DNA of 64,000 nt from Histomonas meleagridis 2922-C6/04-290x (lineage: Eukaryota > Protista > Parabasalia), in assembly GCA_020184695.1 (NCBI GenBank), contig JAANOX010000205.1:496001-560000 (forward strand). Direction: 5' to 3'. The notes under the pieces were generated by a model. The model ran no database searches. It saw nothing but the letters and a program-made list of their open reading frames with translations, and had not been told where the DNA came from. Positions 62,376-64,000 of the stretch are shown piece after piece. Position 1 is the first letter of the stretch. Each line of letters opens with the position of its first letter. The translations under genes and the position numbers were made by a program.

Positions 62376-64000
62376 AGTTTTTGTATTAACATCAATTCCT
62401 TTTTGTTCGAAAACATATTTCACAAGTTCAATATTTCCTGATTCTGAAGCAAATGGCAAAATATTTTTTGGAATTTGATTATTTTGGAGGAAATATTTCA
62501 AGAGAAATAAATTTCCATTTCTTGCTGATTTATTTATATTATCAGCATTAACATTAATTCCTTTTTCTTCTAAAAATGCTAAAATTTCATAATTATCTTT
62601 TTTAATACAAAAACTTATCAAATCATTTGTTTTATCTTTAGACATTTTTGGTATTGATTGTGTTTTTTCTAATTTATTTTCATAAATATATTTAAAGATA
62701 TCATTTTTATGAAATTGAATTGCTGCTTCATATGCACCATCAAATGTTGAATGATTTTGTTCACATAAATGAATGATTTCTACATTTCCACCTGAAACTG
62801 CATATTTACCTGTATTGTTTACATTTGCTCCATTCATAAGTAAATATTTAAAACATTTAATTGAAGAAAAAAATGCTGCATAATCAATTAATGTAACATT
62901 TTCTTGATTAATAAATGAACATCTTTCATAGAGTGATGGTTCAATAGTTTGGTTAAAGTCAAAGTTTGTTTGTGATGACATTTCTTGAAGTTTTTCGATT
63001 TCATCATTTCGAATTATTTTCGCAATTTCATTCAAATTATGTCCTTCTTTAATTAATTGCTTATGAAGCTCCCAATCATTCTTCGATAATTCTTCATAAT
63101 TTTTGAAAAAAGTATCTTCAAAGCCATATTGATTTCTATTAGTTTGAATATACAAACTAAATAATGATTAAGTTTGAATAATGATTGAATTTTTTTGGTG
63201 ATATTTAAATCAATTAAATTTTGTTCAATCATTTGTGCTATCACATAATAAGATTCTTGTGTAGTGATTCCAGATATATACTTAATAAAAATTGATATTA
63301 GATTACCACCGATATTTTGATTAATTTCTTCTTCTTTTTTTTGAAGTGTTTTTAAAAAATTTAAGTAAATATCAAATGTATTTCTTTGTAATGAAAATGC
63401 ATTAAATACCAATTTGCATGCAATAATATTAAATGTGTTGGGAAAATTTGAATCGAATATTTTGTGCTAGTATTTGTATTACGTGTTGTTTTCAATTTTT
63501 TAATGCGGTTTTCGAGTTGACTTTTTGTGTTCAATGTTAACTTTTTGTAAGCAAAATATGAATTCATATTTGAAATCAAAAAATAAAAATATCCAAAAAA
63601 TATACGAATGAATTCACTTAAAGACATGTGGTATAAGGTTTAATCTCTATGTTTATTGATATTTTCGAGTTATATAAAAATCCCATTGTGGAATTTTTCG
63701 CTTACACTCTCCTTGAACCGACAGGGGCAACCAACTTTCCTTATTATAGATTTTTTTTTTTTAATTTTGGAATTATTTATAATGTTCTAAGTATAGCATC
63801 TCCTTAAGCCCACAAAATTCTTAAGCTCAAAATAGGGATTTCCTAAATATTTGTGAAAAGGGCTTTATAAATGGTCATATATAGAATTTTGCCATTTTGA
63901 GCCTCAAATATTTGTATGTAGAAATTATGGGCACCCTTATAATTTCTTATAGCATTATACAAAAATGATATTAACTGACATAGAATGTATCTGGAATGTA

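Larger units (their letters stand above)
61689..63627 (-). pseudogene. DUF3447-type ankyrin locus; 5' part disrupted, 3' part split by three modular inserts (segments 62321-62226, 62191-62099, 62024-61689 are open)
   Basis: IEPSLYERC..TLIDYAAFFSS..YAVSGGNVEI domain; FETALHIAVRNNNIEIVKLLLDK repeats; frameshifts and stops upstream of about 63160. Confidence 0.75.

Overview
AT-rich, gene-dense eukaryotic DNA, almost certainly from a parabasalid (trichomonad). Support: an IBP39-type initiator-binding-domain gene, Inr/M3/M5-like core promoter motifs, DUF3447-type ankyrin genes, a BspA-like remnant and a hydrogenosome-type small Tim. About 1-54 kb is an ordinary housekeeping block (eL42, RPB5, RasGAP, RhoGEF-Kelch, cofilin, cyclin L-like, 14-3-3, beta-adaptin, bromodomain, RBM25-like, TRAPPC8-like). 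About 54-64 kb is a decay zone with a complete but inactivated pogo-like transposon, a second transposase remnant, tRNA-Asp and several pseudogenes. The most striking signal is a set of six short, very AT/U-rich, frame-breaking inserts in three ankyrin-repeat loci (24.3-24.6 kb, 60.8-60.9 kb, 62.0-62.4 kb). All six sit at the same structural position, the linker just after the K/M-D (or K-T) motif and before the T(P/A)L helix. None has a usable AG acceptor or the parabasalid ACTAAC branch motif. In the 24-kb gene the flanking segments are intact and resume in exact 34-aa ankyrin register, and at 62 kb the inserts are built from 20-nt modules (34, 54, 74 nt). This looks like an undescribed class of non-canonical intron or RNA-processing cassette. 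That interpretation is inference and needs RNA data. All protein calls are from motif recognition by eye; no database search was run.
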